Below, in pieces: positions 41,552 through 52,369 of a stretch of DNA of 64,000 nt. Source of the stretch: Pelagomonas calceolata (Eukaryota). The first letter of the stretch is position 1, and each line of letters begins with the position of its first letter. A program made the translations under genes and the position numbers. Below the pieces are notes generated by a model that saw only the letters and a program-made list of their open reading frames with translations, did not search any database and had not been told where the DNA came from. The DNA lies in NCBI GenBank assembly GCA_918797485.1, contig CAKKNE010000004.1, positions 1,984,001 through 2,048,000 on the forward strand, written 5' to 3'.

Positions 41552-42493
41552 ATGCTGCCCTCGTGGATGAGACCTGAGGGAGGCAAAACGGCTGACGACC
41601 ATCGGGATATACCGCGGGGCTGCTCGGACCCCTCGGCCGGGGCCGTGTTCCTCACGAAGCTGCTGAGATTGGACACGAGGCGCGCGCTCGCGGCCGTCCG
41701 CGACGACCCGGCCGTGTCTATCGAGGCCGGCTCGTTCATCCTGCCGCCGCTCGTGGGCCTCGCGGCGGGCACGGTGCTCTTTCGAAGGCAGCGTGCTGGG
41801 TGGCGCGCCAGGGACTTCTCCGGCTCGGTCAATTTTGCGTTGTTCGCCGTCCGCGGGAATCGGATGGTGCTACGCACGCTGTCGGAGAAGCGGCTCGGGG
41901 CGCTCGTGACGAACGAACACGGCCGCGCGGAGCTGCTGCGGAATGCCAAGCGGGACATCTGCACGGCCAAGTCGGTGCAGCTTACCCACATGGACCGGGA
42001 CTCCTCGCTCGTGAGCAACGTGCTTTTCAACGCGGTCGCCGAACAATTCGCAACAGGTTTCGTCCAACGCGAGCTCGGCGTGCCATGGGTTAAGTGCGGC
42101 CGCTTCGGCCTCGGCCTCGCATACGGCCCCGAGGATGCAAACTGGCGGCGCGGCGGCACAAAAATGAGAGCAATACTCGCCAGTGAGACGACCTTGAAGC
42201 AGATTGTGACGTTGGCAGCAGTCGGGGATGCCGCGAAAATCCCATCCGGCACCCCTGGTTCATTCAATATGCTGCTCCGGCTGGCCGAGGCGCTGAACGT
42301 CAAGCCAGAGGCCGCGCCGGAAACGGAGCCAGAGCCCGGCAAATTCGGGGCCACTCGTTACCGGTTGAAGGGAGAGCCCGTTCCTGGCGTGGCCGTGGGG
42401 TCGCCCATCGCAACATGGATGGAGCTGTGCGTGCCGGGCGGGGGACCTGCCGGCGGCCACGATCGAGGCGGACCTGACGAGCGCCACTTCTGA
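41552..42493 (+). CDS. Hypothetical protein
   Basis: About 310-aa ORF with one possible TM segment; start uncertain. Confidence 0.5.
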   Translation: MLPSWMRPEGGKTADDHRDIPRGCSDPSAGAVFLTKLLRLDTRRALAAVRDDPAVSIEAGSFILPPLVGLAAGTVLFRRQRAGWRARDFSGSVNFALFAVRGNRMVLRTLSEKRLGALVTNEHGRAELLRNAKRDICTAKSVQLTHMDRDSSLVSNVLFNAVAEQFATGFVQRELGVPWVKCGRFGLGLAYGPEDANWRRGGTKMRAILASETTLKQIVTLAAVGDAAKIPSGTPGSFNMLLRLAEALNVKPEAAPETEPEPGKFGATRYRLKGEPVPGVAVGSPIATWMELCVPGGGPAGGHDRGGPDERHF

Positions 42494-42686
42494 CAAAACT
42501 ACGAAGGCTCTTTATGGGGGATGTTATTGAGCTTATCGTGACAGATATCGTGACCCAGGACCACTGGCATTGCTGAAAGGGTTCATGCAGGACGGGATTA
42601 AGTTAAACCTTTGTACTAGTATTAGACTGTAGACGCGCCCCCGACGCCGTCGACGCGAGCCGCCCGTGTGACGGCGAAGCGATACT

Positions 42687-43376
42687 TCACAGGAACCCGA
42701 GCGCCTCCGCGTGCCTCGGGCAGAACCGCCTTAAATAAGTCTCGAGCTTGCCGCCCGTTTCGCCGAGCTTCTCGCAGCCCAGGTCGACCGCCGCCGCCGC
42801 GATGAGCCCTCTCGCGCGCTCGATGTCGCCCTCTGTGCCGTCGGTCATCACCTCGAGTTCCATGATCGAGTGGCCGTACGACGCCGCGTCGACGTCGACC
42901 GAGACCTCATTCAGTGCATACTTGTCCCGGCGCGTCCCGAACGCCGCGAAGGGCTTTAGGGTGGTGTCGTCGGGAAAGCCCGCGACACCCAACGACGCGA
43001 GCTCCGCCGCAATCGCGGGGACGTCCTCGATCTCCCGGAACGCCGTCGTCTCGCCGCCCGTCGCCTGTCGCCGCGCCTCGGCAGGTATTTTCAGCTCCCA
43101 GGCGCCGTCCCGCCGGCGCAGCCACGTGTCGCGCGTCGTCAGCTTTAAATCATCAGTGTCGAAGTATTCGTCGTAGAATTCCACGGTCCTTAGAACTTCG
43201 CCGCCGAGCTCCCTGACTCGTTTCTCGAGGGCCTCCGGTTCGATGCTCGCCGCGAACTTTTCCTCGACCTCGACGGCGGCCTTGAGCGGTTTCGCGGCCA
43301 TGCGTCTTCGCACCGGCGGTCGTTGCAGCGCCGCGGCGCGCCTCGCGACGACGAGGATTGCTGCGATCCTGCGCAT
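42687..43376 (-). CDS. CYTH-domain thiamine triphosphatase-like protein
   Basis: VEVEEKF, DEYFDT, WLRRRDGAWELK, ELEVM, GKL. Confidence 0.85.
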   Translation of the reverse strand: MRRIAAILVVARRAAALQRPPVRRRMAAKPLKAAVEVEEKFAASIEPEALEKRVRELGGEVLRTVEFYDEYFDTDDLKLTTRDTWLRRRDGAWELKIPAEARRQATGGETTAFREIEDVPAIAAELASLGVAGFPDDTTLKPFAAFGTRRDKYALNEVSVDVDAASYGHSIMELEVMTDGTEGDIERARGLIAAAAVDLGCEKLGETGGKLETYLRRFCPRHAEALGFL

Positions 43377-43587
43377 CCGTAGAGTGGAGTGGGAGAGTCA
43401 AGCCACGTCGCCGGCAGCTCCGCTTGCTCTCAGGCTGCTCGGAGAGCAGGTTACTCAAACACGAGTCAAGCCACGTCTTCGACCACTGGTCGTCGGCGGC
43501 ACAGCGTCAGAGGTGCCAGAAATGTGTGCCAGGGCAGGTGACGAGCAACGGTACGCCTACGCTGTGAAAAAAATTGTGAGCCTGCTC

Positions 43588-43608
43588 CTAGTGTCTTACT
43601 GACGCTAG
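43588..43608 (+). promoter_or_regulatory. Paired-CTAG intergenic element
   Basis: cCTAGtgtcttactgacgCTAGt. Confidence 0.7.
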
Positions 43609-43750
43609 TTAACGCGCGGCAGCTTTTGCACGCTCAGCCTCCTTGTGACACCTACTGGCGCTGACTGCGGCCGCACGGTTCCTACAGCTAACCGTCGCTA
43701 GCGTTTTGGCGCAGCCGAACGCCAAAGCAGCTCGCAAAAGGGCCGTAAAA

Positions 43751-44698
43751 ATGAGAGCCGCCGACGCCTACCGCGCCCGCCGCCGCGAGGAGGAGGACTG
43801 CCTCCTCGTCGCGGAGCTGGAGCACCCATTGATCGCGCAGCTCAAGCTGAAGCGCAGCGCGCGCCTCGACGCGACGACCTGGCGCGCGACGGAGAAGGCG
43901 ACCGGCGGGTCTATATCACTCGCAAAACTACGAGAGAGCCCCGGCGACGACACTACTTACATTTCAATCCACCAGCAAAAAGACGGCCGTCACGACTTCG
44001 TGTGTCTTGCCCACGTGTTACGGGGCCAGACGCCGCTCCGCGTCTTCGACGAGGTCGAAGTGAAAAGCAGAGGCCGCCTCTTCTACGCGCGGCCCCGCAA
44101 AACGCAAAGCCTAGCTCACATCGACGCGACGCCCACAACACTCTGGGACTATCCGGAGCTCGCCCCCCACGGCACGTGGACGAACTATAGCGTCGTGCCC
44201 TGGTTGTGTCTCGGGAGGACGGCGGCGGTCATCCTGAGCGATGAAGAAACGCTGTGCCGAGAGCTCCCGGACGAGCGCATCTTCGAGCACTTGCGGCTGG
44301 TCATCAACTGCCACCAGGACCGGCCCGGTCGAGCGTATCGGGCGGGCGCGCCCTGGGTCTCCAATAAGAGTCCGGACGTCGTCGCGCACGCGGTGCACAC
44401 GTGGTACTCGACGGATCGCGAACGGACGAATCAGAAGATCGATAGGATCAACGAGCGCATGTGGGCCACGCTGCAACAGGGCGGCACCGTCGCGATCCAC
44501 TGCCTCGCGGGCATCCATCGGGCCGCGATGATCACGGCGTGCCACTTTTTGTACAGACACCACGTGCTCGGTCACACAAATATACCGTGCGACGAGGCGG
44601 AGATCTATAGGAAGCTCATCTCCGTGCGGCCCCACGTATCTCCCGCCTACCAGGACATTTTGCGAGGCTACAAGGCGCACGTTCTAGGTAACAAGTAA
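43751..44698 (+). CDS. Dual-specificity/PTP-like phosphatase
   Basis: IHCLAGIHRA (CX5R) loop. Confidence 0.8.
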   Translation: MRAADAYRARRREEEDCLLVAELEHPLIAQLKLKRSARLDATTWRATEKATGGSISLAKLRESPGDDTTYISIHQQKDGRHDFVCLAHVLRGQTPLRVFDEVEVKSRGRLFYARPRKTQSLAHIDATPTTLWDYPELAPHGTWTNYSVVPWLCLGRTAAVILSDEETLCRELPDERIFEHLRLVINCHQDRPGRAYRAGAPWVSNKSPDVVAHAVHTWYSTDRERTNQKIDRINERMWATLQQGGTVAIHCLAGIHRAAMITACHFLYRHHVLGHTNIPCDEAEIYRKLISVRPHVSPAYQDILRGYKAHVLGNK

Positions 44699-44708
44699 AC
44701 TATGTTAG

Positions 44709-47700
44709 CTACCTCCGCCGCGGCGACCGCTGCTTCCCGTCCCTGGAATTGGCGCGCGGCGAGTTCATCGCCGCGTCGACGGCCGACGAGCGCAGCGTAC
44801 TGTCGGCCGCGTTCATGGCGTTCTTGCGGTCGTGCTCGCCCCGCTTCACGGCGACGGCCGTGGTGATCGTGTTCGCGTCGAGGCGGCCGTCGCGACCGTA
44901 CGCCGCGGACTGTACGGCGACAAACAGCTTCTCGATCTCGCGCCCCGAGAAGTCGTCCGTGTCGCGGGCGACCTCCCCGAGCAGGGCGGGCGTCACATCT
45001 TTTGTTACTTTTAGCGACGCCGGGGCGCGGCGCACCGCGTCCCAGATCTTTTTTAAGAAGTGGCGCTTCCGCTCGATGAGTGACGCGCAGTAGACGTCGT
45101 AGTACAGCCTTACCAACTTATCTCGCGCCGCGAACGCCGGCAGCCCAAAATATAAAGTTTCATCGACGCGATCCAGTACGGCTTCATCTAAATCCTCGGC
45201 CCGATTCGTCGCTAAGACTAGCACGAAGGACGTCGTCGGGCTGCCGGTCTGGTACAGGAACGCGTTCAGCGCGTTGCGCATGTGCTCCGTGAGTTTCGCT
45301 CTGCTTCTCGAGGCTAAAAAAGCCTCGGCCTCGTCGATAAAAACGAGCACGCCCGTTTCCGACGTCCGAGCCCACCTAAATAACGTGTGGAGGGCCGTGA
45401 CGCCGTCGGAACCGAGCGGCCCGACGTCGCCGCCACTCATCAGCGCATATTCCAAACCCGACGCCTTCGCCAGTCGTTTCGCGACTAACGTCTTACCGGT
45501 GCCCGGCGGGCCGTGCAAGAGCATGTGCCGGAAGGGCGCTCTATTGGCTTTGGCATTTCTAGTTGCGATGGCGAGTTGCAAGACTCTCTGTCGTAATTCG
45601 TCCGGTAAGACGACACCGTCGAGGAAAGCCGCCTCCTTGCGGCGCTCCCGCTGTAAGGCTTCTCGCTCCATCGCTAGGTTCTTCTGATGAATCTCATTTC
45701 TAGATGCCTGGACGGCCCGCCGCTCGTCGTCATGGGTCTTTGCCCGCGCTCGGCACGCCTTGGCGTATTCATCAGAACGCATCTTCTTCACATCTCGAAA
45801 AAACTCGGCGTCCTCCCTAGTAAGTTGGCGGCGCGTCTTCTTGGCGAGCTTCCTTCTCTCAATCAGCAACGCCAGCTTCTTGCCCTGGTGCTTTATTGAT
45901 TGATACATTTCGCCCAGCATGAAACAGATAGAGTAGTACGCCACGATACATCCATAGACGAGCCACAGTTTCAGATCGACCATGCGATGCCTCAGGAAAA
46001 TCATATGGGAAGGCATTCGACCCACCCAGAAGACTGGATAAAACAACAACCGCAACACGACCTTCAGCGCGGTCGTACTCTTGCCGAAATAGCGCCGCGA
46101 CGTCTCCCTGACTAATCTAGGTCGTCCTAAATAAGCCTCCGCTAATGAACGAGTCAATATGGCCGCTTCCCGCGCGAAGTGCCCCCCACCCACCAGCGCG
46201 ACGATCGCACCGACTAAAGTCATGAGCAGCTTCGGATCGTCCAATAAAGTCGCCGCGCCCCTCCCGGCGTATTGGGCGACGAGCTGCACGGCCTCTAACA
46301 CCTTCTTCCGGTCTTCCGCAGCCTTCGCCCGCATCGCCCGCAGATGTATATCCTCGTTTGCTCTTTTAGCGGCCGCTCGCGCCTCCTCCTCGGCCTTGAC
46401 CCGTGCTAACTCCGCCTCCTTCCGCAGCGCTTCTATTTTGACCTCGTCCTCGAGCCGTTGTTTCAGGAGGGCCTCGTCGGTCTTTCTACGAACTTCTTCT
46501 TGGTCTCGGACGGACTGCTCCTGCAGTCTCAGTTTCTCGGCGTGGCGGTCGCGAGCCGCGAGGTCTTCCGCTTTACTGCGATCCCTAGCAGCGGCGTCTT
46601 CTACTCGCAGAGTCGCGTTCTCGAGCTTCTGTCTCTGTAGCGAAGCTTTCTTCTCATTGACAGCCTCTTTATCAAGCAACTCCTCGTTCTCGCGGAACTT
46701 CTCGTGGTCTTTTCTAGCTTCGATCAAGCGCTCCTCGTCCAATTCTCGCGGCTCCAAGTGCAACCTATCATCCAACGCAGCGAAGCGAGAAGCCGTCTCG
46801 TTCGCTCTGTGGGATAGAAATCTAGTAGTATCGCGCAAATGCTCCTGCTTCTCCCATAACCGCTGCACGGCGCCGACACCATGCATAAATAGCACGGGAT
46901 CGTCGACAATGGCCACGTCGTCGACGAACACGGGCGGTTTTTTGGGCCCCTGCGAGAAGGCCCTCCTTCCTACGCGAACAGCGTCGGGCACGAGCTGTTC
47001 TACTTCTTCTCCAATCACTCCGAACCTTCGACGCCCTTCCATCGTATCTTTTTCCAATTCATACACTCGCAGCGGAATCTTGGAAATGACATCAAGTAGT
47101 TCTGAAGTGTCCACGTCTTCGACATCCTTGTAGATGTCCGGCGGGGCCTTGCCGCCCTGCTTGTCCGTCGCTTGTTCTCTTGCTCTAGCGCGAGCCGCTT
47201 CCTCCCGCTCCAGACGCATCTGAGCCTGTTCAGCCTCGAGCAGTGCTTCTCGTCGTTTGACCTCCTCTAATTCCGCTAAGCGCGCGGCCTCCTCCGCGAG
47301 GGCGGCCTCGCGCATTTCTCGCTTCGCAGCAGCAGCAGCAGCGTCTCTCTCGGAAGCTTCCCGCCTCGACGCGGCGGCGGCCTCGGCAGCTTTTTGCCGT
47401 TCGATGGCGTCCGCCTCCCTCCGTTCCGCCGCGCGTTTCTCGTCCTCCAGCAGCTGAACCTTAGCCTGCTCCAATCTTCGAGCCTCGGCCTCGACCAGCG
47501 CGTTCGCCTCGCGCTCGATCTGCACCCTCAGCGCCTCCTCCCGCGCCCGCTCCTCCTCCTCCAGGCGTAAACGCGTCGCTTCCGCTTGCTCAATGGCCCG
47601 GTCCGCGGCCTCTTGCGCGGCCTCCTGGGCCTGTTGGGCCTCCTTGGCTCGGATCGCCGCGGCCTTGGCCTCGCGTTCCTTCAGCGCCTCCTGGGCCTTG

Positions 47701-48293
47701 GCCTTCGCGTCGTCCTCCAATTGTAGCTGGGCCCGTTGGAGCTCCGCTTCGCGCAGCGCGGCGGCCTCGCCCGCCGCCGTCTGGGCCGCGGCCTGGGCCT
47801 CCGCTTCCCGCGCAGATTGAGTATCAGCCTCTGCAGCTTCGTGCGCTCGGGCCGCGGCGTCGGCTTCCGCGGCCGCGCGGTCCGCCGCGGCCTTTTGCGT
47901 GGCGATGCGGTCCGCTTCGGCCGCTGCTGCCGCGTCCGCTGCTGCCTGCTGCTGTGCGGCAGCCTCGGCGGCCGCGCGGTCCGCTGCTGCCGCCTCCGCT
48001 GCTCTGGCGGCTTGGTCCCGCTCGGCTTGCTCCGCCGCAAGGCGCGCCGATTCGTCAGGCTCCGCAGGGGCAGGCTCGGCCTCCGGCTTGGCGGCCTCCG
48101 GCGTGGCGGGTGCCGCGGCGGCGGGCTTCCGGAGCGCCTCGAGGCGCGCGCGGGCGGCCGCGGCCCGCGCCGCCGTCGACGAGGCGCCGCCGCCCGCCCG
48201 GTTCCGGGCCCGCTCGGCCGCGGCGCGGGCGGCGTCGAGGTCGGCCCCCACGGCCTGAAGGGCTGCCAGGAATAGCAGCAGGCGCCGCGCCAT
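44709..48293 (-). CDS. ATAD3-like AAA+ ATPase with signal peptide and peptidase-S74-like domain
   Basis: LGRPRLVRETSR, PFRHMLLHGPPGTGKT, MSGGDVGPLG, FIDEAEAFL, LNAFLYQTG, FSGREI. Confidence 0.85.
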   Translation of the reverse strand: MARRLLLFLAALQAVGADLDAARAAAERARNRAGGGASSTAARAAAARARLEALRKPAAAAPATPEAAKPEAEPAPAEPDESARLAAEQAERDQAARAAEAAAADRAAAEAAAQQQAAADAAAAAEADRIATQKAAADRAAAEADAAARAHEAAEADTQSAREAEAQAAAQTAAGEAAALREAELQRAQLQLEDDAKAKAQEALKEREAKAAAIRAKEAQQAQEAAQEAADRAIEQAEATRLRLEEEERAREEALRVQIEREANALVEAEARRLEQAKVQLLEDEKRAAERREADAIERQKAAEAAAASRREASERDAAAAAAKREMREAALAEEAARLAELEEVKRREALLEAEQAQMRLEREEAARARAREQATDKQGGKAPPDIYKDVEDVDTSELLDVISKIPLRVYELEKDTMEGRRRFGVIGEEVEQLVPDAVRVGRRAFSQGPKKPPVFVDDVAIVDDPVLFMHGVGAVQRLWEKQEHLRDTTRFLSHRANETASRFAALDDRLHLEPRELDEERLIEARKDHEKFRENEELLDKEAVNEKKASLQRQKLENATLRVEDAAARDRSKAEDLAARDRHAEKLRLQEQSVRDQEEVRRKTDEALLKQRLEDEVKIEALRKEAELARVKAEEEARAAAKRANEDIHLRAMRAKAAEDRKKVLEAVQLVAQYAGRGAATLLDDPKLLMTLVGAIVALVGGGHFAREAAILTRSLAEAYLGRPRLVRETSRRYFGKSTTALKVVLRLLFYPVFWVGRMPSHMIFLRHRMVDLKLWLVYGCIVAYYSICFMLGEMYQSIKHQGKKLALLIERRKLAKKTRRQLTREDAEFFRDVKKMRSDEYAKACRARAKTHDDERRAVQASRNEIHQKNLAMEREALQRERRKEAAFLDGVVLPDELRQRVLQLAIATRNAKANRAPFRHMLLHGPPGTGKTLVAKRLAKASGLEYALMSGGDVGPLGSDGVTALHTLFRWARTSETGVLVFIDEAEAFLASRSRAKLTEHMRNALNAFLYQTGSPTTSFVLVLATNRAEDLDEAVLDRVDETLYFGLPAFAARDKLVRLYYDVYCASLIERKRHFLKKIWDAVRRAPASLKVTKDVTPALLGEVARDTDDFSGREIEKLFVAVQSAAYGRDGRLDANTITTAVAVKRGEHDRKNAMNAADSTLRSSAVDAAMNSPRANSRDGKQRSPRRR

Positions 48294-48392
48294 CGCGTCA
48301 GGGGTTGGGTCGCATCATCGGTCCGCGTATTACGCACCGCACTGGGCCACGAAGCGAAATGGGCAGCCTGCCGTAACTTTTACCATGGCTTG

Positions 48393-48413
48393 CTAGTGTC
48401 TTTACGCCGCTAG
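48393..48413 (+). promoter_or_regulatory. Paired-CTAG intergenic element
   Basis: gcttgCTAGtgtctttacgccgCTAGt. Confidence 0.7.
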
Positions 48414-48617
48414 TTGTAGAGCAAGGCTGCGGTGCCGCAGACGCCGTCGCTCCCCTATTCCTGCGCATTTGTGCCAGCAGTCGTGTCACTTCTACTGCTA
48501 CTGGTGCTCCGTGCAAGCAGCCGGGCCGCGGGACGCCTCGTCGGGCTGCACACAAGTGCCATCGCTGGGCTGCAGCAGCGCACTCACGCCTGCAGCAGCG
48601 CTAAAAGAGCGCTAAAG

Positions 48618-50354
48618 ATGGCCGACGCCGACGCTACCGCAGCAACCGACCTCGCGGCACTCATAGCAAATGCACCGGACGGCGACGGCGCCGCGCCCGA
48701 CGCCGAGAGAGCGAAGCAATTACGAGAAGCGCTCAAGCGCGCGCACGATCGCGCCCTCGCGCGGAGCCGCGCGGCCGCGGCCTCGGCGGCGCTGCTCGGC
48801 GACCATAGAAGGGGCGCCCAGGTGTCGGAGCTCGTGTTAGGCGACGCCGAGACCGTTTGGCAGCAGCTGCGGTTGCGGGGCCGCGACGGCGACCGCCACG
48901 CCGTCGCCGCGGAGCACTATTTACAGAGGCAGGCGGAGGCCGCTGATGATGATGACGAGGCGAGCGACGGCGAGGAGGAGGCCGAGGCCGACGACGAGGC
49001 CGCCGCCGACGATGCGGAGAGCGAGTCCGCGTCGTCGTCCGCGTCCTCGTCCTCGGAGGAGGAGAATGACGCGGAAGAGGAGGAGGACGAGGACGAGTGG
49101 GCGGACGATGTCGATGAGGACGACGACGACGACGACGAACACGAAGGCGCGGGCATCGAGGAGGACCGCTTCTTCAGCCTGGCGGGCATGGAGGAGTTCG
49201 TCGCCGAGGACGAGGCTATTATTGCGGCGGGGCCGTCGCCCCAGAACTCGGACTCGGACTCAGATGAAGACGAGTCCGACGAGAGCGACGACGGCTGGGC
49301 GGGTTCAGAGGACGAAGAATGGGGGAGGACGGCGAAGTACTCCGACTTCTTCGACGACGAACCGAAGAAGAAGAAGAAATCAATCAACGAGAAACATCGG
49401 AAGGACATCGAAGCGCTGGAGCAAGATCATATAGTTGATCCGTCCGAGCGGCCGTGGGAACTAAGGGGCGAGGTCCAGGGCAAGGATCGACCTCGCAATT
49501 CATTATTAGGCTTGGATGCGACGTGGGACGGCGTGTCGAAGGACCCGCCGCCGCTAGACGCGGCCTTTGGGTTGCGGATCGAGGAGGTCATCAAGGAACG
49601 AGTTCTCGCACAAAATTTTGATGATATCGTGCCCCAGACCGTGGTCGAGCAGGCTTATCGTGAGCGGCGGTCGGGTAAGGTCGAGGATCAGGACGATGGT
49701 GCGCTCGGCCAGAAGTCAAAGCTAGGGTTGTCTGAGGAATATGAGAGGGACTACGTGGAAAGGCAAGAAAATGGGGAGAAATCTGATAAACCTGTGCGAG
49801 ATGAAGCACTCGACGAGAAGTGGCGGAAGCTCGCGTCTCGGTTGGACGCGTTGTCTCATTTTGCTTCACCTTTGGAGCGACCGGCTCTCGACGAGGAAGT
49901 CGTCGCGGCTCGAACCAAGGCCTCGGCCGTGCAGCTCGAGGAGGCGACGCCGGCGGCCCACACTTCGGAGGAAGGCTTAGCGCCGGAGGAGGTGCGCGCG
50001 AAGAAGCGGGGTAGAGAGGAGTTGCAGCGGTCCCAGGAGGAGGCGACGCGCGACGAGAGAAAGGCTCAAAGATTAGCGAAGAAGAAGGCGCGGAACGCGA
50101 AGCGCAAGAAGTTGCGGGCCGACGCGCGTATTGTGGCCAAGGTCGCGCCGGACCTCAAGAACCCCTACGAGGCGAAGCGAGTTGTTAGAAGGGTGCAGCA
50201 GGCTTCAGAAAGTTCGGACCAGGGGAAGTACGGCCGGTCGGGCAAGTTCTTCGAGCAGCTCCAGGAGGAGGTTAGGAGGGAGGTGCGCGGCGACGCCGCG
50301 CCGGCGCCCAAGAAGAAACGGCCGGCGAGGGCGTCGGCGGCGAAACTTGGGTAA
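48618..50354 (+). CDS. MPP10: U3 snoRNP protein MPP10
   Basis: VWQQL, DRFFSLAGME, WELRGEV...RPRNSLL, KSKLGLSEEYE, LDALSHF, LAPEEV, SGKFFEQLQ. Confidence 0.9.
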   Translation: MADADATAATDLAALIANAPDGDGAAPDAERAKQLREALKRAHDRALARSRAAAASAALLGDHRRGAQVSELVLGDAETVWQQLRLRGRDGDRHAVAAEHYLQRQAEAADDDDEASDGEEEAEADDEAAADDAESESASSSASSSSEEENDAEEEEDEDEWADDVDEDDDDDDEHEGAGIEEDRFFSLAGMEEFVAEDEAIIAAGPSPQNSDSDSDEDESDESDDGWAGSEDEEWGRTAKYSDFFDDEPKKKKKSINEKHRKDIEALEQDHIVDPSERPWELRGEVQGKDRPRNSLLGLDATWDGVSKDPPPLDAAFGLRIEEVIKERVLAQNFDDIVPQTVVEQAYRERRSGKVEDQDDGALGQKSKLGLSEEYERDYVERQENGEKSDKPVRDEALDEKWRKLASRLDALSHFASPLERPALDEEVVAARTKASAVQLEEATPAAHTSEEGLAPEEVRAKKRGREELQRSQEEATRDERKAQRLAKKKARNAKRKKLRADARIVAKVAPDLKNPYEAKRVVRRVQQASESSDQGKYGRSGKFFEQLQEEVRREVRGDAAPAPKKKRPARASAAKLG

Positions 50355-51496
50355 GTTGTTTAGTCCAGACAGGATCGTTGTTTAGACGGACTGGTAGCTC
50401 GTGCGGGTCACTGGAGAGCGGATCGAGACCGCTCTCCCTGCTGTCCGCGCGCGCGCAGACTAGCTCACGGACAGCCAATCGACAGCATTCAGCGCGCGCC
50501 CAAGTCGACCTCGTGGCGCGCGTGAAACGCCAGTCGCCGTCGATCCACGGATCACAAATTTCACAAATTTCACTGTCAAAGCACAGGAGACCTCTGCGTT
50601 CAGAGCGACGCGCGAGCAAGATCAAAGCCGCGCTTAATCGAGACTCAACAAAGCGCGAAGGCTCCTAAAATCCAAAGCATGGGCGCCCGCGAATCCGTGC
50701 CGGAAAAGGCCGCGGACGCAGGAAAAGTTGTGCTCAGGGTGCGCCTGCACTCGCTCGGGCATGGTTGGATGGAGGAGAGGTTCATCGATGTCACCTGCCC
50801 TGCCGATATGAGAGCTGGCGTAATTCTCTCGAAGATGCGGGCGCAGTTTTTACCGCGGCGGCGGCGACGGCTGTGCAGCACGGCGATCTAACAATCCTTC
50901 TGAATCAATCGATCGTGACGAGCGCTCGGCGCGGCGGCCCTCTCGAGGGGTCGACTACCGCGGTGGGGTCCTGTGGCTCCCACGCGTGAAGAGGGCGCGT
51001 GGCGTCCGCCGCGGCGCCCGGCGCTGGCACTTGGGCCGATAGGAACCACTGGAGTAACTTTTTTTGCTACAGGAAATCTGAGCGCTGAGTGAGCGCCGAC
51101 GTTAGGGTCGTCGCGGCGGCGTTTTCTGAGGTCTTGGCTGGCCGACCACTGCGCCTAATCCGCGGCGCGAGCGCACAAAATAACACCCTGAAAAACCCGT
51201 TTTGATGCCTCCCGAGAGATATTCGCATCGAAAGAAGATGTCTCGCGAGGCTGATCAATGGCATTTGGGCCCTTGGAAACGCTTGTTTTGGAAACCCCCA
51301 TACAAGTACCTACGGTACCATAAAGTACCATACCTCATGCCTACGTAGACATTGTGCCGCCGTGCGAGAGCTTGCCAAGCGGCTCTGGCTAAGACATCGC
51401 TGTCACCCAGCAGCTCCGAACAGTGCGCCGCTCCAGCAAAGCGCTGCATTGCATCCGAGCATCACTGTGAAGCACTCAACGCAGCAAGCAGCCACC

Positions 51497-52369
51497 ATGA
51501 GCAACACGGCAACGGAAGTAGTGGCCACGACGGCCTACGGCGGCAACGAGAAGAAGCGGAAGGCTGGAGAAATCGAACCCGTCGAGGTCGTCGGGCCCTA
51601 CGGCCTCATTACCTCAACCGCACACGGCTGCGCGCCGGACGTCTTGAGGCAAGCTAGAGTAGATCTGGCGGCGTGCTATCGAATTTTAGATAGGATGAAT
51701 TTAAACGAAGGTATTGATAATCATCTAACGGTCATGGTCCCGGGCACGCAACCGCTGAGATTTTTGTGCATCGCGTACGGATTAGCGTGGTCCGAGGTCA
51801 CAGCCTCCAACCTGCTCTTGCTGGATGAGACGGGCAAGGTCCTGGAAGGTAGTGGAGCCCCGGACCCGACGGCCTTCTTCATCCACTCTCGGATACATAA
51901 GAAACACCCGCATGCGGTCTGTGTGCTCCATACGCACATGCCACACGCGACGGCGCTGTGTTGCCTCGAGGACATGGAACTGAAGATGATCAACCAGAAC
52001 TGTTTGCGGTTCTACGACGAAGTGGCATACGACACGGACTACAAAGGTTTAGTGCTGGGGACGGTCGAAGGCGATCGAATGGCACAAGCGATGGGTTCGA
52101 ACAGGGTGCTGATGCACCGGAACCACGGCGTCATCACCTGCGGTGATTCGGTGGCCGAGGCTTTCGATGAATTGTACTATTTGGAGCGGTGCGCGCACGT
52201 CCAATGTCTAGCGTACGCTACGAACAGGCCTCTAGCGACCGTATCAGACGAGATCTGCGTGGAGTACAAGAAGGACGTTGTCAAATTTAGAGGGTGCTGG
52301 GCCGAGAAGCACTTCGCCGCGCGGAAGCGGGAACTGCTCAAGGGCGGCGCCGCGGACTTCGCGGCATAG
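51497..52369 (+). CDS. Class II aldolase/adducin family protein
   Basis: RVDLAACYR, EGIDNHLT, FIHSRIH, VLHTHMPH, NHGV. Confidence 0.9.
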   Translation: MSNTATEVVATTAYGGNEKKRKAGEIEPVEVVGPYGLITSTAHGCAPDVLRQARVDLAACYRILDRMNLNEGIDNHLTVMVPGTQPLRFLCIAYGLAWSEVTASNLLLLDETGKVLEGSGAPDPTAFFIHSRIHKKHPHAVCVLHTHMPHATALCCLEDMELKMINQNCLRFYDEVAYDTDYKGLVLGTVEGDRMAQAMGSNRVLMHRNHGVITCGDSVAEAFDELYYLERCAHVQCLAYATNRPLATVSDEICVEYKKDVVKFRGCWAEKHFAARKRELLKGGAADFAA

